This document shows positions 17,900-27,335 of a DNA stretch of 64,000 nt, piece after piece. Each line of letters begins with the position of its first letter. The stretch's first letter is position 1. A model generated the notes under the pieces. The model saw only the letters and a list, made by a program, of their open reading frames with translations. It was not told the origin of the DNA and made no database searches. A program made the translations under genes and the position numbers. The stretch comes from a virus (taxonomy: Duplodnaviria; Heunggongvirae; Uroviricota; Caudoviricetes): the IMG/VR virus record IMGVR_UViG_3300048091_000193, positions 52,697-116,696 of that record; one strand, 5' to 3'.

Positions 17900-19132
17900 A
17901 TGAGCAATGATAAGGCAAAAATTCGGTGCGAGATCGACGGCGCACTCGTTCACTCCGTCCAGCATCACATTCGCGACAATCATCCTGACTGGGATATCGA
18001 CCGCTACCGCGCGACGTATAAGAATGCACCGCTTCTCAGCGACACCGCAAAGAACATGCTGACCCGCAGGAAAGCCGAGAAAGAAGCGGCGAAGGTCGAG
18101 GACTCTGTTTTGCGCCAGCCGATCGACAGCCTGTTCGGCTTCCCCGCGGCTGCCGTGACCAACAGCCAGGGCCAGGTCATGCAGGCGCGTGTCCTCGATC
18201 TCGCAACGATCAACGCCGACGATCAGGCGTTCATTCCGGACCAGGATCCGGACTTCATCTTCAATATCGATCTGGTTAAGATCGCGCTGATGACCCTCGA
18301 AATGCGGACGCCCGGTCTGCTCTGGGGTCTGCACGGCACCGGCAAGACGTCGATCTGGGAACAGGTCTGCGCCAAGACGAACCGGCCGTTCCAGCGGGTC
18401 CAGCACACGATCAACACCGAAGAAGCCCACGTTCTCGGTCAGTATGTCGTGCGCCAGAAGGTTCACACGACCGATGTAGCGCGGGAAGTCACCGGTCCGG
18501 ACGGTAAGAAAACGACCGTCATAGAGCAGGTCGAACACGTTCACGCTGTCACCGAGTTCAATCTCGGGCCGCTGCCGATCGCAATGATGAATGGGCACGT
18601 CTACTGCGCCGACGAATACGATTTCGGCCTGCCCTCGGTTCTCGCGGTCTACCAGCCGGTCATGGAGGGCAAGGCGCTCGTCATCAAGGACGCACCGCCC
18701 GAATACCGCGTGATCCGTCCGCACCCGAATTTCCGCTTCGTTGCGACGGGCAACACCAACGGCGGCGGTGACGAAACGGGTCTCTATCAGGGCACTCAGA
18801 TCCAGAACGCCGCGAACTACTCGCGCTTCGGCATCACCGCAGAAGTCGGATATCTCGATGGCAAGGTCGAAGCTGCGATCGTCGCCGGCAAGTCGGGCTG
18901 CCGCATGGAGGAAGCCAAGAATATCATCAAATACGCTGATGAAATCCGCAAACAGTTCCGTGCAGGCGCGATTAGCTCAACGATCTCGCCGCGTGAGCTG
19001 ATCAACGCCGCGAATTGGGGCTGCGCAATGGGCGGCAACTGGCGCAACGGGCTCAACCTCGCTTTCGCCAATCGTCTGTCGCGGACCGATCGCGAAGTCT
19101 GCGACCAGTTCGCACAGCGCCTGTTCGGTTAG
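17900..19132 (+). CDS. cobS: CobS-like AAA+ ATPase (MoxR family)
   Basis: LWGLHGTGKTS Walker A; VYCADEYDF Walker B; paired with the vWA CobT-like gene upstream. Confidence 0.8.
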   Translation: MSNDKAKIRCEIDGALVHSVQHHIRDNHPDWDIDRYRATYKNAPLLSDTAKNMLTRRKAEKEAAKVEDSVLRQPIDSLFGFPAAAVTNSQGQVMQARVLDLATINADDQAFIPDQDPDFIFNIDLVKIALMTLEMRTPGLLWGLHGTGKTSIWEQVCAKTNRPFQRVQHTINTEEAHVLGQYVVRQKVHTTDVAREVTGPDGKKTTVIEQVEHVHAVTEFNLGPLPIAMMNGHVYCADEYDFGLPSVLAVYQPVMEGKALVIKDAPPEYRVIRPHPNFRFVATGNTNGGGDETGLYQGTQIQNAANYSRFGITAEVGYLDGKVEAAIVAGKSGCRMEEAKNIIKYADEIRKQFRAGAISSTISPRELINAANWGCAMGGNWRNGLNLAFANRLSRTDREVCDQFAQRLFG

Positions 19133-19136
19133 TCCG

Positions 19137-19787
19137 ATGACAGAACTCCGCATCGAACAGCACTTGGGGCTGATGAAGAAGTTCTCCTTTCAGGTCATGC
19201 GCCGGCTTCAAGCCGCCGGCTCAAAGACGACCCTGATGGACGACATCATGCAAGAATGCGCCGAAGCCTGGTGTAAGGCGCGTGACAAATGGGATCCCGA
19301 AGCCGGCGTCCCGTTCGTCGCCTATTTCAAGAAGGGCATGGTTGATCACGTCAACCGCTTCGTCGGCAAGGAGATCTTCCACTACAACGGGTCCCATTTC
19401 GAGCTGGACGCGGAGCTCTCTGAAGACGGTGACTCCGCAGGTCACGAGCTGGTGGCGGACCACGCAGCCGGCACGCCCGAAGACGCCATCGTGGAGTCCG
19501 ATCGTCGCGCTAAGGCCCTTGCTCGGCTCTCCCCGCGCGCGCGCCAGTTCATCGAACTGTGCGAAAGCCCGCCGAAGTGCCTGGTCGACACCGTCAATGC
19601 GCTGCGCGAGCGCCGCGAATATGCCCTCGCCCGCAAGCTGCCGGCGATCCCGGTGCCCAAGCGCGTGCTGCCGAGCCTGATCTTCCGGTTCATGGGCGCC
19701 ACGCGGACTGAGCAGACCGGCATCACGCGGGAGCTCGAACAGAAATTCAACATCAAAGCCAACCTCGCGGAAATGGATCGAGTTTAA
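19137..19787 (+). CDS. Putative sigma-70 family (ECF-like) sigma factor
   Basis: Region-2-like MDDIMQECAEAWCKARDKWDPEAGVPFVAYFKKGMVDHVNRF (cf. AEDLVQETFLKAW...FDP...FSTWLYRIARN...R); region-4-like LSPRARQFIELCESPP. Similarity judged by eye only. Confidence 0.45.
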   Translation: MTELRIEQHLGLMKKFSFQVMRRLQAAGSKTTLMDDIMQECAEAWCKARDKWDPEAGVPFVAYFKKGMVDHVNRFVGKEIFHYNGSHFELDAELSEDGDSAGHELVADHAAGTPEDAIVESDRRAKALARLSPRARQFIELCESPPKCLVDTVNALRERREYALARKLPAIPVPKRVLPSLIFRFMGATRTEQTGITRELEQKFNIKANLAEMDRV

Positions 19788-20320
19788 TGGACGGATTGGA
19801 CACCTCGCTCGCCCCAGGCTGCTACGGCATGAGCATGTGCTTCAAGGACGGGTCGACCGAATGCGGCACCTGCCCCTTTGCAGCGACATGCAAGCCGCTC
19901 GGTGAGCAGCAGCTGGCAGCGATGCGCCTGGAGCTCGGCATCAAACCGCCGGTCGTTAGAGCTCGTGAGGTGCGCCCTGCCCGCGTTCCGCCGGGCATGC
20001 AGATGTCCGTCGGTCTGCCGAAGAAGGTCGCCGCCTGGGTCGAATACATCGAGCAAGCCCAGATCGGCGTCACCGAGGCGCTGCGCAACCGGATCAATCC
20101 GTTCATCGGCCGGCGCCCGCAGTTTCTGACGGTCGCGTGTCATCTCCTGCTCAACTGCGAGGCCGGCGTTTCGCGGGCGACGCTGAAATACGCCTTCATG
20201 AAGAAGCTCAATTGGAGCGAGGACACGACCGAGGCGCATATCACACAGACGCGCCAGATCCTGACGGCGATCGGCGCGATCGATAGCGTGGATGGCGTCA
20301 TGCGCTTGAGGGCGCAGTGA
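19787..20320 (+). CDS. Hypothetical protein with Cys-rich N-terminus (CYGMSMC...CGTCPFAATC); candidate regulator or anti-sigma
   Basis: ATGA-coupled directly to the sigma-like gene; N-terminal Cys cluster. Confidence 0.45.
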   Translation: MDGLDTSLAPGCYGMSMCFKDGSTECGTCPFAATCKPLGEQQLAAMRLELGIKPPVVRAREVRPARVPPGMQMSVGLPKKVAAWVEYIEQAQIGVTEALRNRINPFIGRRPQFLTVACHLLLNCEAGVSRATLKYAFMKKLNWSEDTTEAHITQTRQILTAIGAIDSVDGVMRLRAQ

Positions 20321-20508
20321 TGCGCCCGTTGTTCATCGCTTACTGCGCCGTGGTGGAAAACAAGACGCATCACGGCTGGCTTGTTGCCGACGCCTCGGAC
20401 GTCAAGACCGGCGCCGACGTGAAGGCGCTGGCAGACGCCGTCGAAGATCACATGAAGTTTCCGCGGGGTGTCGTGATCATCACCAATTTTCGACGCCTGG
20501 AGGATTGA
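20317..20508 (+). CDS. Small hypothetical protein (63 aa)
   Basis: Overlapping start/stop coupling in operon. Confidence 0.35.
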   Translation: MMRPLFIAYCAVVENKTHHGWLVADASDVKTGADVKALADAVEDHMKFPRGVVIITNFRRLED

Positions 20509-20739
20509 ATGGGCTGCTTCGACACGGTTCGCGTTCCCTGCCCGCAATGCGGCGCTCGACAAGAGGCTCAGTCGAAGGGCGGCGAATGCTCATTGAGCAC
20601 CTTTGAACTCGAGAACGCGCCGGCGGACGTGCTGTCCGATGTCAATCGGCACGCACCATTCACCTGCGACGGGTGCGGCACCTTATTCAAGGTGCTGGTG
20701 ATTTCTCGCGGTGTTTCGGTTCGGCAAGAGGAAGACTGA
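20509..20739 (+). CDS. Small zinc-ribbon protein (CPQCG...CDGCG)
   Basis: Two CxxC pairs; 76 aa. Confidence 0.4.
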   Translation: MGCFDTVRVPCPQCGARQEAQSKGGECSLSTFELENAPADVLSDVNRHAPFTCDGCGTLFKVLVISRGVSVRQEED

Positions 20740-21047
20740 TGTTCGGCATCATCGTTACGGGAAAAGAGGCTCGATCTGGCAATCCAGAGCGCAGCATCGT
20801 CGCGCAAGCTGGCGAGAAGTTCTGGGTCTGCACTGAACGAGATGGATGGGTCGACGCAACGAGTTTGCGATGCACGGATCCGAAGGCCGTTCCGGGAGAC
20901 ATCAAAATCTTCAAGACGACCGAGTGCGCTGAGAAATTCGCCAAGAAATGGAAGGGTCACCCGTGGTGGTGCCAGCCCGATACCTATGAGGTCGTTGAGC
21001 TTCACGCCAAGACCAAAGTCGTCGTCACTGGATATGAGGTAGCCTAA
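20739..21047 (+). CDS. Hypothetical protein (102 aa)
   Basis: ATGA overlap with the previous gene; ORF track shows a longer in-frame upstream extension from 20673. Confidence 0.4.
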   Translation: MFGIIVTGKEARSGNPERSIVAQAGEKFWVCTERDGWVDATSLRCTDPKAVPGDIKIFKTTECAEKFAKKWKGHPWWCQPDTYEVVELHAKTKVVVTGYEVA

Positions 21048-24000
21048 TGCACACGGTTTTGGCAGCGCGATCATCGTTCTCGATCGGCGAAGGTATTCTA
21101 ACGGTCGAGGAGCTCGTTGAGCAGTCGAAGGCGGCCGGCGCAACCGCGATCGCGCTCACCGACACGATGACGATCACCGGAATGATCGACTTCACCAATC
21201 GCGCCAAGAAGGCCGATATCAAGCCGATCCTGGGCTGCCGGCTACGCATCTCCACCAACGTCGCCTGGCGCAAGACCAAAGACGACAAGAAGGCGCCGCC
21301 TGAATACTACCTGACCGTCTATGTCGTGTCCGAGCTGGGTCTGAAAGCGCTGTTCCGGCTGCTGACCCTCGCCAATTCTGCGGACCGCTTCTACAACACT
21401 CCGAAGCTTGAGATCGAGGACGTCTACGAGGAACTCGACAACCTGACCGCGGGCGACATCATCATCACCTCCGGTGACGTCAACGCGCTGACGGCGCATC
21501 CCATAGCCGAGGGTGTGTTGGCCGCGATCGCATCGCGGCTGGGCGAAGCCGGCGTCTATCTGACGGTCTCGCCGATCAACACGCCCTATTACGACACGCT
21601 GAACATCAAGGCGGTGAAGCTGGCCGAGAAGCTTGATCTGCAGCTGCTGGTCACGCGGCCCGTGCTTTACGCCGAGACTGCGCCGGATGCAGCGAATGAG
21701 GCAGATGCGGCCGACGTCATGAATGCGGTCACCCGCGGCGTCAAAATGAGCGAAAACTGGGTTCAGTCGCCGGCGTTCCGCGATCTGCACCCGCAATCGA
21801 TGCAGCAGTGGATCACCCAGGTCAAAGCGATGCAGGCGCGGCTTGCCGCGCGCGGCACGGTCGTCGGCCCTGCCCTCGCGCAGGGGCTGCGCAACACCAT
21901 CGGTCTGGCCAATCGCATCGGCTATATTTGGTCGAAAGCGCCGGTGTCGCTGCCGAAGATGGCAGACGACGAGTTCGCAACACTGGTCGCGGCGGCGCGG
22001 GCCGGATGGAGTCAGCGACTGAGCAAACCCGCCTTCGGTCATCAGCCGACCCGTGACGAGCTGGTCACCATCTACAAGCCCCGCCTTGAATACGAGCTCT
22101 CCGTTCTCAAGAAGCTGGGTTTCGCCGGCTACTTTCTCCTCGTGATGGACATCGTCAACTATGCAAAATCAAATGGTATTCTGGTCGGTCCTGGTCGCGG
22201 CTCTGTCGGCGGCTCGCTTGTTGCTTATCTTGTCGGCATTACTGATTGTGACCCTATCCGTTTCGATCTCCTTTTTGAGCGTTTCATCAATCCTGATCGT
22301 ATCGATCTTCCTGACGCCGACCTTGATTTCATGTCTGCGCGACGTGGCGAGATTATTGATTATCTGGTCACCAAATACGGGCAAGCGCGCGTAGCCGGCA
22401 TCAGCAACTTCGGCAAGCTTGCGGCTGCATCTGCGATCCGCAACGTCGGCAAGGCCTTCGGACTTAATGAGTTCGACTACGCCTGTTCGAAATTCGCACC
22501 GAAGGAACATGGCGCCAACGTAAAACTGCCCAAGGCGGCCGAGATCGCGCCTGAGATCGGCGCTTTCCGCGACAAATACACGCCGATCTGGGACGTCATG
22601 GTGCGGCTCGAGGGCGTGATGAACATCATGGGTCGCCACGCTGCCGGCGTCGTCGTCGGCGGATGCGATCTCGTGGAGCGCGGCGTCATCGAGCGGCGCA
22701 AAGACGGCGCCACGATGAATTGGGACAAGCGCATCGTCGAGGATCAAGGCCTGGTCAAGGTCGATATTCTGGGCCTCGAAACGCTGGATCTGATCGACCT
22801 GTCGGTCAAATTCATTCGCGAGCGCACCGGTCGCCACGTCGACCTGATGCAAATTCCGCTGGACGATAAGCTCGTGCTGGACGCATTCGCGGCCGGCAAG
22901 ACAACGGGCATCTTTCAGTTTGAGTCCGGCGGCATGCGACGCCTTCTCAAGGAGCTCGGCAAGGACGGCGTCATCACCTTTGACGACATCACGGCCGCGA
23001 CCGCACTGTATCGACCGGGTCCGATGGAGTCGGGCATGATGGATAGCTACTGGAAGCGCAAACAGGGTCAGGAGAGCGTCGATTATGACCATCCGCTGCT
23101 CGAGGAACCCCTGAAGCCGACCTACGGCGTGTTCGTCTACCAGGAACAGGTCATGCGCGCGTCAGTCGTGATGGCTGGCTATTCCGGCGCCGACGCCGAC
23201 AAGCTGCGCAAGATCATGGGCAAGAAGCTGCCCGAGGAGATGGCCAAAGAGCGCGGCAAGTTCGTCAATGGCTGCGTCGCGACCGTCGGCATCACCCCGG
23301 ACGAAGCGGGCGACCTGTTCGACAAGATCGAAGGATTCGCCGGCTACGGCTTCAATAAGAGCCATTCGGTCGAATACACCCTGATTTCCTATCAGGCGAT
23401 GTGGCTCAAGGTGAATTACCCCGTCGAGTTCTACGCCGCAGCGCTGTCGCTGATGAAGGAGGAAAAGCTAGCCTCGATCCTCAAGGATGCGAACGCATTC
23501 GGGGTGAAGGTCGTCATGCCCGACATCAACAACTCGTCGGCGCGCTTCGAGATCCTCAACGACACCTGCCTGGCGATCCCGTTCAACCGGATCAAGGGCA
23601 TCTCCGACAAGGCCTCGGTCGCGATCATGAAGGCCCGCGAGGGCGGCAAGTTCAAGGACAAGGCCGATTTCGTCTCAAGGGTCGAGCGACGCACCTGCAA
23701 CAAGCGCGTGGTGGACGCTCTGGAGGCCGTGGGTGCGTTCGCGCGCATCGAGCCCGGTCAAGTGCCGGCGCACGACCCTAGCCGCATCATGGCCCAGCGG
23801 GAGCTCATCCCAGGCCTGATCGTGGATACCGTGCCGATTAACCGCGACATGGCCAACGACAAGTTCACCAAAGCGAAGCTGGGACAGATCGTCGGCGGGT
23901 ATCGCCAGGCCCTCGGCAACGATGGTCAGGGCGTCGCGCCGGTGATGGGTAAGAATGCTCGCTTCATGGTGATCTTCGACGGCCCCTCCTCTGGCGAGGA

Positions 24001-24406
24001 GCGTCAGGGCGCATTTACCTGGGGCGACAATTTCCGCTGGGTGGCAGATGCCATGTCGGAACACGGCCTGGAGCGATCCGACGGCTATTGGACTGGTCTG
24101 ATCAAGCGCCCGAAGGAAGGCAAACAGGTGTCTCCGAAGGAGATCGAGCTCTATGGGCCGTATCTGGACAAGGAAATCGACCTGCTCAAGCCGCCTTTGA
24201 TCGTGCTTCTTGGATCGATGACCGTCCGCAACTTCTTCCCCGACTTCAAGGGCAAGGCGTCCGACAGTGCGGGCAAGATCATCTATTCCAAGCGCTATGA
24301 CGCCAATTTCGTCATCGGCTTCAATCCCGGCGAGATCTACCACGATCCGGACAAGCAGCTTGCCTTGAACGACGTCTTCGCGGTCGTCGCCGGGTTCCTC
24401 GAATAA
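21047..24406 (+). CDS. dnaE: DNA polymerase III alpha subunit (DnaE) with N-terminal PHP domain and a C-terminal family-4 UDG-like domain replacing the usual OB/tau-binding region
   Basis: GFAGYFLLVMDIVNYAKSNGILVGPGRGSVGGSLVAYLVGITDCDPIRFDLLFERFINPDR DnaE palm signature; HhH region KISDKASVAIMKAREGG. The last ~170 aa (VIFDGPSSGEERQGAFTWGDNFRW...VIGFNPGEIYHDP) resemble UDG family 4 motifs (GEAPG..ED..G.PFvG.aG / HPS). Confidence 0.9.
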   Translation: MHTVLAARSSFSIGEGILTVEELVEQSKAAGATAIALTDTMTITGMIDFTNRAKKADIKPILGCRLRISTNVAWRKTKDDKKAPPEYYLTVYVVSELGLKALFRLLTLANSADRFYNTPKLEIEDVYEELDNLTAGDIIITSGDVNALTAHPIAEGVLAAIASRLGEAGVYLTVSPINTPYYDTLNIKAVKLAEKLDLQLLVTRPVLYAETAPDAANEADAADVMNAVTRGVKMSENWVQSPAFRDLHPQSMQQWITQVKAMQARLAARGTVVGPALAQGLRNTIGLANRIGYIWSKAPVSLPKMADDEFATLVAAARAGWSQRLSKPAFGHQPTRDELVTIYKPRLEYELSVLKKLGFAGYFLLVMDIVNYAKSNGILVGPGRGSVGGSLVAYLVGITDCDPIRFDLLFERFINPDRIDLPDADLDFMSARRGEIIDYLVTKYGQARVAGISNFGKLAAASAIRNVGKAFGLNEFDYACSKFAPKEHGANVKLPKAAEIAPEIGAFRDKYTPIWDVMVRLEGVMNIMGRHAAGVVVGGCDLVERGVIERRKDGATMNWDKRIVEDQGLVKVDILGLETLDLIDLSVKFIRERTGRHVDLMQIPLDDKLVLDAFAAGKTTGIFQFESGGMRRLLKELGKDGVITFDDITAATALYRPGPMESGMMDSYWKRKQGQESVDYDHPLLEEPLKPTYGVFVYQEQVMRASVVMAGYSGADADKLRKIMGKKLPEEMAKERGKFVNGCVATVGITPDEAGDLFDKIEGFAGYGFNKSHSVEYTLISYQAMWLKVNYPVEFYAAALSLMKEEKLASILKDANAFGVKVVMPDINNSSARFEILNDTCLAIPFNRIKGISDKASVAIMKAREGGKFKDKADFVSRVERRTCNKRVVDALEAVGAFARIEPGQVPAHDPSRIMAQRELIPGLIVDTVPINRDMANDKFTKAKLGQIVGGYRQALGNDGQGVAPVMGKNARFMVIFDGPSSGEERQGAFTWGDNFRWVADAMSEHGLERSDGYWTGLIKRPKEGKQVSPKEIELYGPYLDKEIDLLKPPLIVLLGSMTVRNFFPDFKGKASDSAGKIIYSKRYDANFVIGFNPGEIYHDPDKQLALNDVFAVVAGFLE

Positions 24407-24421
24407 ATTTCGATTTGCCAC

Positions 24422-24467
24422 GCGCAATCCTGTTCGTTTGCGCTATATTATAAGTCAACACTGACTT
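24422..24467 (+). promoter_or_regulatory. Class I promoter-operator, type B: -35 GCGCAA(24422-24427), 16 nt, -10 TATATT(24444-24449), palindrome AAGTCA-acac-TGACTT(24452-24467)
   Basis: Read from sequence. Confidence 0.6.
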
Positions 24468-24484
24468 AACGAGAGAGCGAGAGC

Positions 24485-25027
24485 ATGAGCGATCCGACTG
24501 CGACACCTGCCCCAGTCACCACGATCAGGGTGAAGAATTTCGTCGATGGGGTCCAAGCGCGTGCGGATATTCAGTATTCGCTGGCCGACCTGAGTTCGGC
24601 GTTCCAGGCGCAAGCGTCGCTCAATCTTCACTATCACGAGCTCCGCGCCCAGGCGACGCGCCAGGTTGCCGATCTCAAGATCACCCTCGAAGCCGCTGAA
24701 GCCAAGGTCTATCGCGATCTCCGCGATAAATACGTCGCTGCATCGCAGAAGTTCACCGAGGCGCAGCTCGAGAAGGAAGTGTCGGCGCATCCCACGATCC
24801 GCAAGATCAAACTGGCGATCAATGAAGCCCGCCAGATCGAGGACAACGCCAAGGGCGTCGTCGAGTCCTTCGGTCATCGCAAGGACATGCTTGTCCAGGC
24901 CGGCGCCAAGGACCGCGTCGAATTGAGCGGCGAACTGCGTATGCAGGAGATCGCCGAGCGCAATAACGCCGTCGGCACCGGTATCGTCGAGAAGCGCCGG
25001 CAGATGATCGCGGAGCAATCGTCGTGA
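24485..25027 (+). CDS. Hypothetical protein, weak UvsY-like recombination mediator resemblance
   Basis: 180 aa, helical; KDMLVQAG/DRVELSGEL segments loosely recall the T4 UvsY C-terminus. Low-confidence call. Confidence 0.45.
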   Translation: MSDPTATPAPVTTIRVKNFVDGVQARADIQYSLADLSSAFQAQASLNLHYHELRAQATRQVADLKITLEAAEAKVYRDLRDKYVAASQKFTEAQLEKEVSAHPTIRKIKLAINEARQIEDNAKGVVESFGHRKDMLVQAGAKDRVELSGELRMQEIAERNNAVGTGIVEKRRQMIAEQSS

Positions 25028-25290
25028 GACTCGCTACCGCTATTTCCTTGGGTGTTTACGTCGGCATCGGCGCATTCACCCACGCGCTGCTGGTCGGCAC
25101 CACGTTCAGCGCTGCCAATGTGCTCGGCTGGGCCTGCCTCGTAGCCTGGCCGGCGATCTGGTTCGTCGTTCTTCTGTTGTTTGCGTTCGCCGCTGCCCTG
25201 CTCGTGATGGCAGGCCTGGCGCTCGACAACCTCTGGGGCCGGTTGCCCTTCATCGCGCGCCGTCGCCGGCGTTTCTTCTCGGTCTCCTGA
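25024..25290 (+). CDS. Small membrane protein (2-3 TM helices)
   Basis: Hydrophobic stretches LLVGTTFSAANVLGWACLVAWPAIWFVVLLLFAFAAALLVMAGLAL. Confidence 0.4.
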   Translation: MRLATAISLGVYVGIGAFTHALLVGTTFSAANVLGWACLVAWPAIWFVVLLLFAFAAALLVMAGLALDNLWGRLPFIARRRRRFFSVS

Positions 25291-25319
25291 CCGACTTCTA
25301 AACTGACTGGAGTTCTATA

Positions 25320-25880
25320 ATGCGGATCTTTGCCGCAGGGATGATCTGTGCCCTGCTTTCAACGTCAGCGCTGATATCGAGCGCGGAAGCTAAGCCTCGG
25401 CATCATCGCCACCACGTCGCCAAGCATCATCATGTGAAGCACGTCCGGCACAAGGCGAAGCATCGTTATGTCGTGCGGCCGCAGGTCGAGCCGTCGAATT
25501 TCGGAGCGCCCAGTTTCCCCTCGTTCCTCTCGCACACGGACGACATTGTTCAGAAGGCCCGCAGCTACATCGGCGCCGGCGCAGTGTTTGGTCGTTCGAG
25601 CCTCTGGTGCGCTCGCTTCATGAACGTGGTGCTGGAGAAGACCGGACACCGCGGCACCGGCTCGGACATGGCCAAGAGCTTCCTGACAATGCCCGCAACA
25701 GCCCCGCGGGTCGGAGCGATCGCTGTCATGAGCCGTGGCAAGCGCGGCGGACACGTCGGCGTGGTCTCGGGTTTCGACGCCAGGGGTAACCCGATCATCG
25801 TTTCCGGCAATCACGGTAACCGCGTCGCCGAGTCCGTCTACTCGCGCAGCCGCATCATCAAGTTCGTGAGCCCCTCATGA
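25320..25880 (+). CDS. Secreted CHAP-domain peptidase (cell-wall hydrolase-like) with His-rich region
   Basis: N-terminal signal peptide MRIFAAGMICALLSTSALISSAEA; Cys (SLWCARF) and His (GGHVGVVSG) in CHAP-like spacing; HHRHHVAKHHHVKHVRHKAKH His-rich tract. Confidence 0.55.
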   Translation: MRIFAAGMICALLSTSALISSAEAKPRHHRHHVAKHHHVKHVRHKAKHRYVVRPQVEPSNFGAPSFPSFLSHTDDIVQKARSYIGAGAVFGRSSLWCARFMNVVLEKTGHRGTGSDMAKSFLTMPATAPRVGAIAVMSRGKRGGHVGVVSGFDARGNPIIVSGNHGNRVAESVYSRSRIIKFVSPS

Positions 25881-25998
25881 GCTCGTTTGCCAACACCCTG
25901 TTCGGCATCTCGCTCGGTCTGATCGCCGGCATCCTCCTGGGCAACGTCCGGGCCGAGATGCCTGTCTCCAAAACCCACGTGGTTGGGCAAATTATGGA

Positions 25999-26077
25999 GG
26001 CGCGTCAGTAACTTAGAAAGTTACGTCAATCCTCGATCGTCTCGCTATATTAGATTAGCGAAATCGCTAAATAGCGA
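25999..26077 (+). promoter_or_regulatory. Promoter with class II operator: palindrome GTAACTT-aga-AAGTTAC, -35 CGTCAA, -10 TATATT(26046-26051), then AGCGAAATCGCTAAATAGCGAAAT (26057-26077)
   Basis: Read from sequence; same -35/-10 frame as class I promoters but with the TCGCTAAATAGCGA-type palindrome in the operator position; upstream of the SSB gene. Confidence 0.5.
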
Positions 26078-26132
26078 AATTAGCAGTCAAAAGCGAACCT
26101 GTGAACCAAAGTCCAAAGGAACTAAAACCCAA

Positions 26133-27221
26133 ATGGCCCTCTCTCCCGAACTGTTGAAGCTCGTCAAGAGCTCCAAAAATAAGCACACTCGCACCGGCAA
26201 CTCGGTCTCCCTGAAGGAAGGCAAGACCACCATCCGCATCCTCGCAAAGGGCGCCGATCAGTTCTGGTTCGATTTCGCCGTCCACTGGATCAAGACCGAG
26301 AAGAACGGCAAGCCCGTCGCTGTCGTCGGCTGTAAGGACGAAGTTTTCGGCGAACCCTGCGCAATCTGCACTGCCATCGCCCAGGCGACCGCTCAGGCAA
26401 CCGACCAGGACGAGATCGATCTGATCAAGGAATGGAAGGCGAAGAAGGGCGTTCTCGTGAATGCGCTCGTTCGTTCCGGCCCCGACAAGTCGGAGTCCCC
26501 GCAGATCGTCGAACTGAAGCCGACCGTGTGGGCTGAGATCGCCGGCATGATTGCCGAATACCAGGAGTCCGATGTCGACCTGCTCGATGCCCTGAAGGGT
26601 CAGGACTTCATCATCGAACGTCGCGGCAAGAACCTCGACACCAAATACAGCGTCATGCTGGCTCCGAAGTCTGCTCCGGTTCCTGCCGAAGCTTTCGACG
26701 CCATGCACGACCTGAAGGCCTATGTCGAAGCGCAGTATTTCCGCGGCGACGAGACCAAGGCTCTGACTGCGATCGCCAACGTCACCGGCGTTTCGGTCAG
26801 CGTGGGTAACCAGATCGCCGCTCCGCGTCGCTCTGCCATGCTGAGTGCTCCGGCTGCGACTGTGGTCGATGCCGAAGTCGCAGCCGCTGTCGAGGCTGAA
26901 CTCGCCGCCGAAGACGAGGTGATCGAGGCCGTCGTCGAGGAAGTGGTCGAAGTCGTGGCCGAAGCGGTCGAGACCGACGAGGAGCGTGACCGCCGCGAGT
27001 TCCGCGAGTTCAAGGCGATGCAGGCGGCGAAGGCCGCAGCTGTGAAGCCTGCTCCTGCAGCTGCTGCCCCGGTCGCTCGCGCCAAGCCGGTTGCTGCTCC
27101 GGTCAAGCCGAAGCCCACTGCTGTCGCCGCTCCTGCGACGGTGCCGGCTGATGACTTCGACGGCGCTCTGCCCGCTGATGAAATCGACGCGCTGCTCGGT
27201 GAGCTGGACGTCGTGAAGTAA
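26133..27221 (+). CDS. T4 gp32-like single-stranded DNA-binding protein
   Basis: H-x16-C-x8-C-x2-C (HWIKTEKNGKPVAVVGCKDEVFGEPCAIC) matches the gp32 zinc-binding arrangement; acidic/Ala-rich C-terminal tail. Start at internal ATG 26133 (ORF track begins at 25983 inside the promoter). Confidence 0.65.
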   Translation: MALSPELLKLVKSSKNKHTRTGNSVSLKEGKTTIRILAKGADQFWFDFAVHWIKTEKNGKPVAVVGCKDEVFGEPCAICTAIAQATAQATDQDEIDLIKEWKAKKGVLVNALVRSGPDKSESPQIVELKPTVWAEIAGMIAEYQESDVDLLDALKGQDFIIERRGKNLDTKYSVMLAPKSAPVPAEAFDAMHDLKAYVEAQYFRGDETKALTAIANVTGVSVSVGNQIAAPRRSAMLSAPAATVVDAEVAAAVEAELAAEDEVIEAVVEEVVEVVAEAVETDEERDRREFREFKAMQAAKAAAVKPAPAAAAPVARAKPVAAPVKPKPTAVAAPATVPADDFDGALPADEIDALLGELDVVK

Positions 27222-27229
27222 GCGAATAA

Positions 27230-27310
27230 CTGCCGGTTCTACCCTTTCCCGGCAGTCAACGCGCCCGGTGCGGATCCTCCCCTGTCCTAAGCACCGGGCG
27301 CTTTTTCTTT
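27230..27310 (+). terminator. Tandem hairpins; second is a strong intrinsic terminator gcgcccggtg...caccgggcgc + TTTTTCTTT
   Basis: ctgccgg/ccggcag hairpin (27230-27255) then 10-bp GC stem (27261-27301) followed by T-run. Confidence 0.7.
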
Positions 27311-27335
27311 CCCACTACCAAAGGTTCGCTTCCGC

